Below, in pieces: positions 51,001 to 64,000 of a stretch of DNA of 64,000 nt. This stretch comes from Balanoglossus misakiensis (Eukaryota; Animalia; Hemichordata), in assembly GCA_040954595.2 (NCBI GenBank), contig CM082596.2, forward strand, positions 6,646,791 through 6,710,790. Reading direction: 5' to 3'. Position 1 is the stretch's first letter. The number at the start of each line of letters is the position of its first letter. A program made the position numbers and the translations under genes. The notes under the pieces were generated by a model. It had not been told where the DNA came from. It saw nothing but the letters and a program-made list of their open reading frames with translations, and searched no databases.

Positions 51001-51950
51001 AATTCCCGACATTGCGCATTTTGGTGATTTTGTCATTTTCAATGGGTTATAGCTCATGAAAATTTTTCTTGGGTTATAGCTCCTGAAAATTGTCAAGAAA
51101 TGCCAAATTCCCGACATTGCGCATTTTGGTGATTTGGTCATTTTCCATGGGTTATAGCTCATGAAAATTTTTCATGGGTTATAGCTCATGAAAATTGTCA
51201 AGAAATGCCAAATTCCCGACATTGCGCATTTTGGTGATTTTGTCATTTTCAATGGGTTATAGCTCATGAAAATTTTTCTTGGGTTATAGCTCATGAAAAT
51301 TGTCAAGAAATGCCAAATTCCCGACATTGCGCATTTTGGTGATTTTGTCATTTTCAATGGGTTATAGCTCATGAAAATTTTTCTTGGGTTATAGCTCATG
51401 AAAATAGTCAAGAAATGCCAATTCCCGACTTTGCGCATTTTGGTGATTTTGTCATTTTCGATGGGTTATAGCTCATGAAAATTTTTCTTGGGTTATAGGT
51501 CATGAAAATTGTCAAGAAATGCCAAATTCCCGACTTTGCGCATTTTGGTGATTTTGTCATTTTCAATGGGTTATAGCTCATGAAAATTGTTCATGGGTTA
51601 CAGCTCATGAAAATTTTTCATGGGTTACAGCTCATGAAAATTGTCAAGAAATGCCAAATTCCCGACTTTGCGCATTTTGGTGATTTTGTCATTTTCCATG
51701 GGTTATAGCTCATGAAATTTTTCTTGGGTTATAGCTCATGAAAATGTCAAGAAATGCCAAATTCCCGACTTTGCGCATTTTGATGATTTGGTCATTTTTT
51801 GGACATTTTTCATGGGTTATAGCTCATGAAAATTATTCATAGGTTGTAGCTCATGAAAATAGTCAAGAAATGCCAAATTCCCGACTTTGCGCATTTTGGT
51901 GATTTTGTCATTTTTCGGTATTTTCCATGGGTTACATAGCTTATGAATTT
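45030..51950 (-). repeat. Composite 78-bp + 27-bp tandem satellite with a 2647-bp higher-order duplication
   Basis: 78-mer ATGGGTTATAGCTCATGAAAATTGTCAAGAAATGCCAAATTCCCGACATTGCGCATTTTGGTGATTTTGTCATTTTCA interspersed with 27-mer (A/T)TGGGTTATAGCTCATGAAAATTTTTC. ORF pairs 46385/49032, 47023/49670 and 48525/51172 are each offset by 2647. Confidence 0.97.
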
Positions 51951-52826
51951 TTTCTATGAGTGTTATGACAGAAAGGGCGATATCAGTTGGATGGCTACGA
52001 AATTAAATTGCTGGCAAAAAAGGGATTCACAGGTCACAAAACAATGAATGCAAACCAAACTGCGCAACACACACTGCATTCAGTATACTCAACTAGGGGC
52101 CTATATGGACTCCAGTCGTGAGACACACGAGCAGAAAATATGCAGTAAAGTCACAAAGATTTCATACGCACAGCAAAGTCTGGTTTCGGTCCGAGTCGTG
52201 TGTACTTACTTACAACTTCTGACTCGATGTCAAACAAAACAGCCTGCGAATCGTCCCAAAACAGCACCATGCAGTCCCCAGTTATCGGCACATGTACAGT
52301 ATCCAGCGAAAAAATAGCAACACGACCACATGATATCATGTAAATTTATTCATGTCCATCAAATAAATATTCATCAACACCTGTTCACAAGAATTTCTTA
52401 CCTGGAATGCATTATCTTCACCTTGTGCAGAAACACTTTCATCTCCAATTGCAGTAGCCAGACAACTCTGCTTTTGACACATTCAGCATTTTGTTCTACT
52501 AGTTTCGTAATATGGAATTGTCGTTTCCTTATACGAGTAAAATCCTCTCTCGATTATTTCTGCTTACAGGCCTGTCACACCTATAGCATAGCGACTATGT
52601 TACTTGTGTGTACGTCCAGTTTACTGTGTTTTCAGTATGTGTGCATTTATCACATCATATATGTTCTCTGTTCTTGAGTGTCAAGTTAACATAAGAATCT
52701 GAAACTGAGCATGACTATTAACGATGGAATGCACACAATATTTGTGAAAGTTATGAAGATGCAGATTTCAAACCATGCTACAAATTCACCTCATGCAAAA
52801 GTTTACTTTCCACAGAGAACCCCAGA

Positions 52827-53115
52827 CACATAAGATGATCATTTGGAAGCAAACTTTTCTTTATTCATTTTAGTTTCATTCGAATAAGGATTGAGTATAA
52901 TTACAGTCTTGATAAAAGATTGAGTGATGCTGTGTTGCTTCTCACGATCGAAAAAGACGCCACAAAAATTGCCGCTGAAATGCTGATGGTGAAAAAGAAA
53001 AATCTGACAGGCCTGTTTTGGGGGAACTACGGAAATATGGCAAAGAGAGCAGAATAAAGCAACTTTAATGTACACAGAGTTGGTTCTTGTTTAAGATCTT
53101 CTAATGAGAATAAAA
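52827..53115 (-). repeat. Module U, right copy (inverted); contains a candidate poly(A) signal for the neurabin-like gene
   Basis: Reverse complement of 13372-13651. Minus-strand AATAAA at about 52860-52865. Confidence 0.85.
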
Positions 53116-56100
53116 TGTTACAAATATTTGTAAAAAGTGTGAGGAAATCCCATTTCATTGATTAGACAGATGTAAAATAAAAAATAGTACATGACTGAGA
53201 GCAGAAAACCATTACATAAAGTAGAGTGATCTGTAGATATGACAAAACCAACAGTACAAACTTAGGAGATACAAGGGTCGCAAAATCTGTTACATGCATA
53301 GGTTAAAAGGTGCAGGGTGCTGTATGTTGGGAAATCACTGGTTTCCATGGCAATGTAGAACGCTCATTTTTTTACAGTGAGTCAACTTGCAATGTTGCAT
53401 GTTAATTAAGTAACTAAAGTAAGGGGTAAAATAAAAATACTTGGAGCTAGAGAACAAACTTGGACACTGTGTCATGAAAGTACTGTTGTTAATACAATAA
53501 GACGCCACCAATTGATTTGAAATATAAAATAGTAAACTGAGATGGTTCCCCTTGACTTATTACAGATCCCCAAGCATCAGTTTCGCTCATTTTCAAGAAA
53601 ATGCAAACGAACATCTCCAGTCAAAACATGTCCAGAAAAACACATGCATTACATCTGAGGCGAGAGTGTTGTCTTGGATACAAGGGAGATACTAGGTTTT
53701 CACTGAAACAATTATTGCAATATTCCTTTATACAAAGTGGGGTTACAAGGTGATTTTTCTGTGACCAAGTCTGTTGCAAGAAAATCGTGACTGTGCAACA
53801 GGAAGTTAGGTTGAACGTCTGTAGTTCTTCGCTCGGGGCGATACTGTTGACAAAAACGGGACAGGGTTTGGACCATAGCTCTATTCCCATCTGTGGTAAT
53901 TGCACTAAGTCGTGGAAAGCCACGCTGATTTTTCTTTCCGTTACTAGAGGAGCCCCTGATGCAGTGTGTGGGTTATCAAACAAACGGGGGAAAACTTGGC
54001 GAGATAAATGTGTCGACCCAAGCTATGTACAAAAATTAGGTTTAGGAAAAATCACGTCAATGACCACTTTGACGAAGAAATCACGGAATTCTGAAAAGGA
54101 AAACTTTGTGGCTCTGCACTCAAATTGTAAAAATAAAAAAAGACAATCACTTGTGAAGATCACAAGCTGAGTTAATCTGCCGCCCAGTTGTGGACAGCAT
54201 AACCCGCACGAAAAGATGTTGTGAGAAAATATTGAAACTAACACGTGGCAAAGTGGCAAGTACATACATGTGAACTGAAAGTGAAAAGTTAACTGCATTA
54301 GCATATATATAATAATAATATTCAAATTTCTACAGAACGTGTAAAATAATTGTTCAGAACATATAAAATACAAATTGAAAACAAACTATTTTTGTCTGCA
54401 CATCTTGACATTTTTGGTTTATTTTACACCTCCCAAGCCTTCTAGCCCCTAATAAATTATAGTAAATTTTGCAATTGAAACGATTATGTACTCATCAACA
54501 TTTTCACAATAACACGGCCCTCACATGAGAGTGTCTATGCGTAGTCCCTCCTTTACATGCAAATGTCGTTTGCATATGGGAACATTCGCATACAAGAGTT
54601 CTCAACTCTACAGGGCACCCTTAACAATATTGCTGATCTCTGTAAAAAAATTGGCAAGGAATGAAGACATTCTCAAGCTAACGATAATTGGATACATTAT
54701 GAAGTTTGCTTCAAATACTAGTAACTGCTAGGTAAACTAATTTCTTTGTCAAAAGTCAACAAATTCACAGGTAACTGTATAAAATTGATCTTGAGCATAA
54801 AGTTCAATTTTAATTTTTTTTAATCGGGTTATTACAAAAAAAATTAGTGCGTCTGTGGGATCTGTTCACCTCATTTCTTTAAATATTTCCATCATGAATT
54901 TTACAGTACTTAACATTCTTCTTAAATAACTTCAGTTCACCGTGAGAAAGTTCATCTGGTGCCAGGTAAAAATACACAAAATGGCAAGTCGATTTTTCTG
55001 GAAATTTCTTTAAAAAAAAAATCAAGATACACCCCGTCACAGATTGTGCTCTGCTGGAAAAAAAAATTGATACATCACTTCGGAGAGCCGCACTCACAAG
55101 TTAATTTTCTCGCACACAAGCCGGTAGATATCATTACATCCACCTTAATATTGTGTGACTATGTTTGCAAACTGGTAGTGATACAGTACATGGAAGAGAC
55201 ACGTTTCTGTACTGGACAGGATGGATGACTTACACCATCTGGCAAAAAAAGCCTTGTCTGGGCCTCCCAGCTTCCGGGCACATTTCGGAAAATTCATACC
55301 CGATGAGTTGCCCGATATTAAAACACACTTACACAGCTGCTTTCGATTTTTTCACATACAGCAATTTGTAAAAAAAAATGGTTCACTCAATTTTCGTAAG
55401 TAGACAGTGTGATGATCGTTTTCATAAGCTTGGAACCAAATCTTGCATTAAGATACGATACATTTTTGAGACAGGCTTCTATCGTTGCTGACAGCACAAA
55501 GTGCTTTGTAAGTAGGTGGAAATTCCTCTCTCTGCTTGATTTATGCTGTCAGCACACAACTCGATGCCAAACAATTATTAGAGGCCCACTTACAACATTT
55601 TGTTAACAGTGCACCCGGCCCAATCCATTCAGACATAGTTTACACAAAAACATGGAATCAAGGCCCGATAAGACAAACATGTTGTGCCAGATTTACTTTG
55701 CACGACTTGGTGGCTCTAAAAAGGCCATCAAAATGCAGATAATTCTTTAATTCTATTCATTTTTCTTCCTTCCATCAAAGTTCATGTCATCTGCATGTGT
55801 ACACTATTAGTCAGAAAATAAACTGGATTGTCAGGGATGTGGCATTACACACATCATGCACATACATACACCACACACAAATTGCTACCGTCCCAAAATC
55901 AGACACCGAGTGCCTTTAGTAAGACCCCCAAAACCATTTCATAAAACTGTTCTTGTAACCCTAGTCTAACATATACATTGTATACATTTAAAAAAAGTTC
56001 TCTCAGTTTTCGCGAATCCGGTAGAATCCAAATTTTGCCCCAAAAAGCTACATTTACATTGTTTCGCTGACACAAGAACAATGGCCATCGCTGAAATCCA

Positions 56101-57522
56101 GCCATCTGCTCATAAAATGTCTGAAAGCCTGTCATCTCTGGAAACCGCACCGCCTGAAGTCAGAAGAAAATCGTACAAAACAGCTGCGACGGCCCACATG
56201 TAGGGGCAACTCACTCTCTCTCTCTCTCTTTCCGTCAAAGTACGTTTACCTCGATCACGCACAGGAAACAGTACACCACAAGTGAGAAAAAATTCACAAT
56301 ATAGCTGCCTTTAGGAAGCAAGGGATTTCGGACTCGCGTCTTCGGCAGTGGCAGCCTCCTCTTCTCGTAGGGGGACTGTGTGTGTCCGTTATGCTAAAGT
56401 ACATGATGATCTTGATTTTGAACCAGACCGTTCCCTTCCTAAAAACAATATTCAAAGCTAGTATTAAATTATAAAGTGGCATTGGTAGCACCTTGGGCTA
56501 GCACCTGCCTGTACCCTAAACTCCAGAGCTAAATAAAAAACCATTAAAAAAGTCTTTGGACCTACTTCCTCATTTATACCTGCACTATTAAGAAGTTTCC
56601 AAAACTCTACTTTCAAAGCTAATTTCAGTCAGGATTTTTGTTCTTATGTTTTTTTGCATAAATAATAAAATTTGTCAGGAGATAAACTGATTCATGGTCA
56701 TTCCAGGTTTCCTGGAAGAGAAGAAAACGGATCACATTGACTGGTTGTTCGTGTCAGCAGATTCATTCTTTGACACTTGCCCAGGCATTTCTGTGTCACA
56801 TCTCCCTTCTTTTCTCAATCATAAAGTTAACATGTTGTTTTAACAAACCTTACATTCTACAAATTGTGGTCTCCACGTCAGCAGGAGAAACAAACAAGAT
56901 CAGAATCTGTTACTGTCGGCATGTAGACAAAAGACAGTCCCATACGATCGATGAAGCATCACCAACATTAAGCATGAATTTCCCTCTCACCCAACGCATG
57001 GCTACTCTGTGATTTTTCAGTTTCTCGCACTACTATTTTGTGCGTTTCGAGACCACAGCTTACTACAACTGCTCCCGTGTTGATGAAAAACACTCATATG
57101 CTTATTTCGTTTTTTAGTTGGTGAGCTGTGATTGATTGTCAATAAAAACAAAGCATTAAAAAAGTGCTAATTTGTATGCAAATGAAAGCTTTCATGTTGG
57201 CACAGCATCTACCGTACTCCAATGATTTAAAAACAATTAAAACAACGGCAACAGTTTTTTTTCCTTAATGAGTTGTCGCAGGAAAACCCTGGCTGCAGGA
57301 GTTGGTAAACGGAAGGCGACAAAAGTCTCGGTGCACACACACTTGAGTACAACATACAAAGTCCAGTGTAGAGAGAGTGAGATGGAAGCTACGACTACGC
57401 AAAAAAAGCAGAGACGGAAAAATGAGTGGGCGGGGCCAAACGAGGGCAAGAAGCAGATGATGCAAGTTTCCACGACAACGAGGTTTCTCCTCCACACAGT
57501 GTGTCCATGGCAACAGAGCAGA

Positions 57523-60500
57523 CTAACCAGTCAATTTCTTCTTGGCCGCCTTCTTCTGTTGCTTTTCCTGCACCTTGAGTTCCTTTTCCCGCTGCTTCCG
57601 TTCCTTCTCCAGGTTCGCTCTCATTTCCTTGATCTTCTTCTTGAAGAAGGCCAGGTCATTCTTGTTTGTCACTCCTAACGTCTGGAAGAAAATTTCAATT
57701 AAATCTGAAGACGGACTATGATTTGAAAACATTACCATATCCTTCATCTATGGCTAACTTCTCGTAAGGTGAACAAACCAAAGAGGGCTATCATCAGAGA
57801 AATATCGTACGAAAGATCCATTACAGAACACAGACAGCGTCTTCAGATAAGCCTACCTTAAGTTTGGCACTGTCTAACTGCAGCAGCTGAAGTCCCGTGA
57901 TGTCACTGGCCTTGAACTGGGGCATGTGTTGGTCTTGCTCGTGGAGCATCAACCAATGAAGCACCTGGGTGTTCTCCCACTCTGTGATTGGTTTGGTTTG
58001 AATGTGATGTGGCTTGATCGACGAATCACCCTGCAAGGTGTCAGATACGCATTTCATTAACCCTTTGCATGCTGACCCACAGTGACTTATCAATTGGAAA
58101 TTTTATCGGGTGTGTTCAACGGCTTGATACATAACTTTTTTTCAAAAATATCGGATACAGCTATGATCAGCACCCAATAGTAATTTCATCACACTAGTAT
58201 ATCAAAATACATACTTAATCAAACAAATTAATTATTTTCAAGTATTATTCTAAGCTACTGACCAAAGAATCTTGTTTTCATTAAACAGAATATTATGGCT
58301 CTCTAAGCACAGACTTTTAAGACACAATATGTGTATATTTTTGCTTGTGTAGTTACACTGTAACATGCAATATGTATATTTTTGCTTGTGTAGTTACACT
58401 GGAACATGCAAAAAAAGAAGTCACAAGAAAAAGACACCACATACCTCCTGTCGTGGAGCACTGATAGTGTAGCTTCCCTTCTGGGATTTCCCTTTGACAA
58501 ATCCACCCATTTCACTGGCTGGCATAGCACCATAGGAATCATCTGCTAAGGACCCTGACTGCTGGTAAGAACCTGAGGTAGAGATCAGTACTGGTGTACC
58601 TGTTGGGCGAAAAAGGGGGGGGGGGGGAGAAACAAAAGTTAGAAGAAAACATTTTGCAAGAGGGTCCTCTAAACATAAAGAGCAGTCACCTAATGAATGA
58701 GCGACAACTGCTTCCCTCTAAAGCGCGTAGCTCGTCTCACATGCATGTTCCAGCTGTAGCCGCTGGTTACAGACGTTTAGTGAATAGTCAATCCCATAAG
58801 GCAGTGCTCACACAAGATGGCGGCGACCGTAATCTGTGTCGGAGATCGGGAAAAGACACTAGCTTGGGTGAAAAGGAGGGACAAAACCAGAATCTACTTG
58901 TACGTTGCGCATGAAACATGGAAGGAAGCGAAGGCAGTCCACTATTTGAATGCATCGAACGGAAAATTTGCTGGAAAGTTACGCGCTTTCATCCCAATGA
59001 CCTCACCTTTCTCGTTTCTAATATTGACTGCGGTTGGAATATCGGCCTTGTGCGGCGAAAGAGGCGAGCTTCTCTCCACCTTCCCCGAGGAGGAGACGGC
59101 GCTGGAGGAGGAGGGACTGGTCGGCGTGCCTTCGAGCGAACGCGACGATATGAGCGTGACGCCCGCCCCGCTGCTCGTGGAGGACGACGGCGACTGGAGA
59201 CGCAGAAGTGGCATGGCCGGGGGCATCGTGGCCGGAGTGCTTCCGATCGACCCGGCCGGTGACGATCTGTCCGAGGCAGTGTCCTCCACTACATCTCTGT
59301 TAGGGGGGAGAGAAAGGAGAAACTCGATCAGAAAAAAAATACTTCACAAACCTGTGTGTTAAGGGCATATTTGTTGGTCAACTAGAGACTTCTACAAGTT
59401 GCCCAAAAAGAGAACTAACACACCAATCAATAAAAATCAATGCAAACAACTTCAGCTTAGAATAACCGGAATTAGGTGATAGTGATTTCTTGTTCAATCC
59501 TCTTCAAACAACCAAAGAATTGCCTCATCTTTATTTTACATAAAAAAAATTTTGCAACAGCACAAACATGATCATCAGTGTGATTTCTTTTTAAAACAAT
59601 AACAGTTCAAGTTTAAGTTCATTTAAAATATCACAAAGCAACCAACTGCAAAATGTTTTGTTCCACTACACAGCGACAGAGATCAGTTCGAACAACTTAT
59701 ACTCCTGTATTATCAAATGAACTATCTCATCTCAAGGTTGAATGCACAGAAAAGTTTCACATCATCTTATTTCATGAGTGATTCCGTGAAGCAGAATTCC
59801 AAAATCAGTCAATATCAGAGATACACACAAACTGCAAAGGGTATGCAAGCTTTACGTGAAAAGCCAACATCAATAAACAATCCAATGAAAAATCAGATGC
59901 AGAGCTGCATGGAATTTTACACATTTCATTTCTTTTCCTGCACCCTTCATTCTTAATTTCCCCATCCCCCCCATTCAAATCACCACGAAAAGCCCAAAGA
60001 CAAATACACGATACAATACACGAGCCAATAGCTGATCCCATACATCTGATTTTAATCAGATTGCAGTGAAGTTAACCCTTTCACCACCATGGTTGGGTCC
60101 ACACCCATAGTTTTCAATGGTAAATTTGGACTACTACACAGGGAAATGGGGGGTAAAAGGGTTAAGAAACTCATATCTGGTAAGCTGAAGTAGACAGTCT
60201 ACCACAGACAAAGATATGGATTACTGTACAGTTAAGCCTGACCGCATTTGTATCAGTTTTTAAATGTTACTCAGTGAACAACCATTCGTGGATAATGTTT
60301 ACAGTGTAAAACATTTAGGGTTAAGGGCCATGTGTAATTTGTTAGAGTTACCATTGTTACAGGATAACCCAAGTTCCTCATAAGAGGCCAACTTCTAAGT
60401 TCTCATAAGTATATAGAGAACACAGCATGCTGGGGGACACACCAAACTTGAAAGTCTCCAACTTCATGCAAACAACAATTGATTGACACCATGGATGTAC

Positions 60501-63393
60501 AAAAAAACTTGCAACAAACACATTCAAATGAGTGTACACTGATTCAGTTTCGGGAAGTGATGATGAAGGCAGTGTCTCTTTGTGTGGTGATGAGATGTGA
60601 ACAGTTTCCGCCTGAACTTAGAAGTAGGCAACATCGCGCTTTGAGAGGAACGGTCCCTATTTTTTTAAGGCAATTGACCTAGGACAGTTCCATGTTCACA
60701 TGAACTTTGACTGTCTTTTTGTTGAATGTGTTAAAAATGAGTGATTATTGGGATTGTGTAAAAAAATGATGGACAGTGAAACAAAACAAAACAAAACAAA
60801 GCAAAACAAGAAATAAATGACAAATGTATAAAGAGTGTTACATACACAAAATAACTATCACCTGAAAACAATACAAACGAAGACAAAAACAAAACAAAAC
60901 ACAAGTCAACATGTGACAAGATCACAGGAAAAAAATAAATATTAAACAACTGGAGGTTCATGATTTTTTTAATTAGAAATTTAGGTGAAACAAATTTGAG
61001 CCAAAACCTACAGGCACCACCTAGTGCTCTGACAGAGGTCTTCTTTTAGGTTCACAATGTTCCCCCAGGTGGCAGTTCAAACTGCTCACCAACGCGAAAA
61101 GAGTTGGTGAACTAGTTAGGATGTGAAAACACTACATTTGCTTGAAAAACCGACGTGGATGTTTTCAATTGTGGAATGACGGGTGCAGGAAAACAAAAAC
61201 TTTATGAGTGAATTAGCCCGACCATGCATATGAAGTAATCGCTATGGAAACTAACCTCCGCCTCCATGGGTTGTAGCTTTGAGATGGTCAAAAAAAAGAG
61301 GAAAGAAACAGCGACATGTTAGCGTACACTAATGATCCGGTGAGAGGGCTTCACCGTTGGAGAAAAAAAAGGAACAGTGTGATAACAAAGTCAACTACAG
61401 GGAGAGAGAGAAAAAAATGATGATAAATAACTCTAGGTAAGCTAGGAAACGGTGGTGTGTGAAACGTGCACAAAAGCGACAGCCAGCAATGAAAGCATGT
61501 ATGAAAATGAACTTGACAAAGTTTAGCGACGTACACAAAACAGTAAGATACAAGCAAAATTGGATGTTTGACTTTGCCTGACCTCTGACACAAACTCAGG
61601 TCCCATCAGAGCTTTTTAGTTTTCCAAACATTCCACGTGAAACTATTTCTGACCCTGGCAGATATCCACTCACACTACACACCATCATCGCGTCTATGTC
61701 CAAATTCACCATCACTAGATATGATAAGACTACAATTTCGGTGCCAACAGTACCCCTAAACTGCCCAAACCAAAACTGGGCAGCACACATTGATTATAAT
61801 CAGGATATTTCTCAAGTTACGCGAAGTGTACATATAACTGCTTTGCCCACAATTACCTGCGTCAATGCCAACAGTGGTGTACACAATTCGAGTTGTTGTT
61901 AACATACCACTGAAACACCACAAGACATCTCTCCCAAGTTTGTTCGTTTTGAGCAAACAGCTGAATCTATCACAACACGCCATCTGAACAAAACCTGAGT
62001 CTCAAGAATTGGTTTCAAGACAGAATTAAACCAAACTTCTTGTCTACTTACTGCACCGAACATTGAAGTTCCAAAAATATCTACATCTTCACCCCCAACA
62101 AAAGCCCAATTTTTATCTACCAAAACCACTCTTTTGCCATGGCGTACAATCTTATGATGTGAAATGTTTGGACAGGTCAAAAAAGAACCTGGTTTTTGAT
62201 AGTTTGTTAAGAGGCAGGCAGTGTCAAATAAATATTAATCAACTAAAAGAGTACAACCGACTTATTTGATAGAAATGTGACGACAATGGAAAATAAAATT
62301 AAAATTTGTTTACTTGTAAATACACACATAATTATCAGCATAAGTTGCGTTTGGGTTATTACTGGACAAGACCCTAAAACTATGCAGGGATCTAATTCTT
62401 GTGTGCTTGCATGCCATGCAGTGCAAATATTAACTGCCCCTCACTGTCAGTGCTATTGCATACCCCTCTTTCACTTGCTAATTCCTCTGTCGTACACAAA
62501 ATGTAAAGGCTAACTAAACATGTTTGGGTGGAACTATACACATGCAGGGGTGGTTGCAGTTCAGATGTGTGCAAGGACACAAAATTTATCGGTGTTAGAG
62601 CTTTAATTTATAAAATAAAACAAAAATAAGACATGACTTATGGTTAGTATTTTTTTCTGGAAGGTTTAGTTATCTGATTTGGCAAAGGCTGTTGAATGGT
62701 CTTGTTATAGCTGGCAGAAGGAACAGTATAAGCAGTTGTAAGTTCGGACACCGGTCAATGGGTTAGGTTGGGAAGAGGATTTTGTTTCCATGGCTGCGTA
62801 TTCACTGCTCATAGTCAGTTGCTTTTGCCAGCTGTTGCCTAAATTGTATGGGTACATTTGGAGTGTGTATGTGTTTGTGTTCGTGTGTTGTGTGTGTGTT
62901 TGAGTGTGTGTGTGTGTATGTGTGTGCATGTGCATACATGCACCTCTGTATCTGGTATCTGTCTGTGTTAAATACATGCTTGTCCATGTGTATTTGTGTA
63001 CACTGACACTTCTCTGACAAATTGTTGCTTGTTTGCTTATTTGTGTTTGGCTGCTTGACTGAGTGCAGAGCAGTTCACAGCACTGCACGGGAAACCATGA
63101 ACATTTTTTTTTAGGAGAGCAACTCACGAATCGTCAGCTGCCGGCTTTCCCCCTCTCGACATCTTGGGCGACTCCTTCACCCTCCTGGGTCCCGACGACG
63201 GAGAGGCGCTGCTGGGTGCCTGGTGGGCCGTCTTGGGTGACGGCTTGGGCTGAGGGGGCTTGCTGTTGCCGGGGGGAGGGGGCGGCGCTTTGCTCTTCTT
63301 GCTGGGTTTCCGGACGGGCATGGTTTCCGTGGGCTCCACGGCCGCCTGGCTGATTGGTTCTTCCTCAACTTTGCTGATGTGGTTTGTGGTTGC
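57523..63393 (-). CDS. PPP1R9A: Neurabin/PPP1R9A-like scaffold protein, 3' exons (Pro/Ser-rich linker, SAM domain, terminal coiled coil); 5' part beyond the right edge
   Basis: Phase-compatible exons 63128-63393, 59007-59296, 58445-58599, 57857-58030 (ITEWENTQVLHWL...FKASDITGLQLLQLDSAKLK) and 57523-57681 (TLGVTNKNDLAFFKKKIKEMRANLEKERKQREK..., stop TAG). Matches the neurabin-1/SAMD14 C-terminal pattern. Confidence 0.82.
60076..60161. mobile_element. Tiny piggyBac-like MITE (86 bp)
   Basis: TTAA|CCCTTT...AAAGGG|TTAA. A diverged inverted relative lies at about 3490-3579. Confidence 0.7.
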
Positions 63394-64000
63394 CTGTCAG
63401 TGTCAAGAATAAAAAGATTAGAATTGTTGTTCATAAATTTTGCTGGTGGGTCAGCTCAATGTTACATCAACCCTGTTTAGCCGGGTGCCGTCAACCCTTT
63501 CGGATTGCTTAGCCCAGAGTTGCAGCAATCTTTAGGCTGTTTACATCAGTCACTATTCCACTGGAAATTTTAACTCTGTTCTGTTGCAACCTGTTGAAAT
63601 GCCCAGTGCTGGACTCTGGAGCAACAACTTGGGCTGCTCCACACTGAGTTATAAAGCAAGTTTTTTTACCACTGAACATAGCATATGATAGATAAAACAC
63701 AACATTCTTTCTGTGTGACATGTCATAAATTTTGCATCAACGATATCCACAATCAAAGTAAAAACTGCTTGTAATATTTTCACTACAAAACACCAGTACA
63801 TCACAATATGGCATTTTTCTACGATATGAAAATAAAACAGTGAGCAGGCAACAATTATGAGCCAACACAACATAGACACAAAGCTTACAAGTACACATTA
63901 AGACATCGCAAAATAAGTAGCAGGCAATGTTTTACATTTTCTATGGTATACAAACTACATGTAATGAAAAGTGCAAATTTGGTAACTTTCAAATTATCAA

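Noticed and set aside
16021-51438. Many 61-208 aa ORFs (MAHVHKSFTIG..., MVSFNNEYRV..., MTKSPKCA...)
   Set aside because: Translations of satellite monomers. They lack splice or domain support and are interrupted by stops and frameshifts.
15786-51950. CRISPR-like array interpretation of the regular repeats
   Set aside because: Whole monomers repeat with no unique spacers, there are no cas genes, and the context is eukaryotic and intron-containing.
53200-57500. Short ORFs downstream of the neurabin-like stop codon
   Set aside because: No recognisable domains or exon chains. Consistent with a long 3' UTR or intergenic DNA containing unidentified repeat fragments.
61090-61111. Second possible microexon in the neurabin-like intron (TAG|...|GTGAGC)
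   Set aside because: 22 nt, not frame-preserving, with a weak pyrimidine tract.

Overview
Eukaryotic genomic DNA with spliceosomal introns. Gene content suggests a marine invertebrate deuterostome (inference). Left ~13.6 kb: the 5' part of a minus-strand adhesion GPCR (signal peptide, pentraxin, WSC-like, C-type lectin, sushi, calcium-binding EGF, hormone-receptor domain, start of GAIN; it runs off the left edge). It has two alternative signal-peptide first exons and lies head-to-head with a complete 6-exon GOSR2/membrin gene. Right ~11 kb: the 3' exons of a minus-strand neurabin/PPP1R9A-like SAM-domain gene. Between these convergent genes is a ~40 kb non-coding block arranged as a giant degenerate inverted duplication (13372 to 53115). 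Its arms consist of unique modules alternating with a family of related 109/116/122-bp satellites. A second, interleaved inverted pair of related satellites (87 bp and 78+27 bp) carries multi-kb higher-order repeats. A central ~3.4 kb core holds AT-rich palindrome-bearing 133-bp repeats, five inward-facing tRNA-like (A/B box) units, CCAAT-box arrays, several hairpins including a Helitron-like end, and a 145-bp palindrome, followed by a PIF/Harbinger-type MITE. No transposase or viral ORF is visible. All alignments were done by eye.
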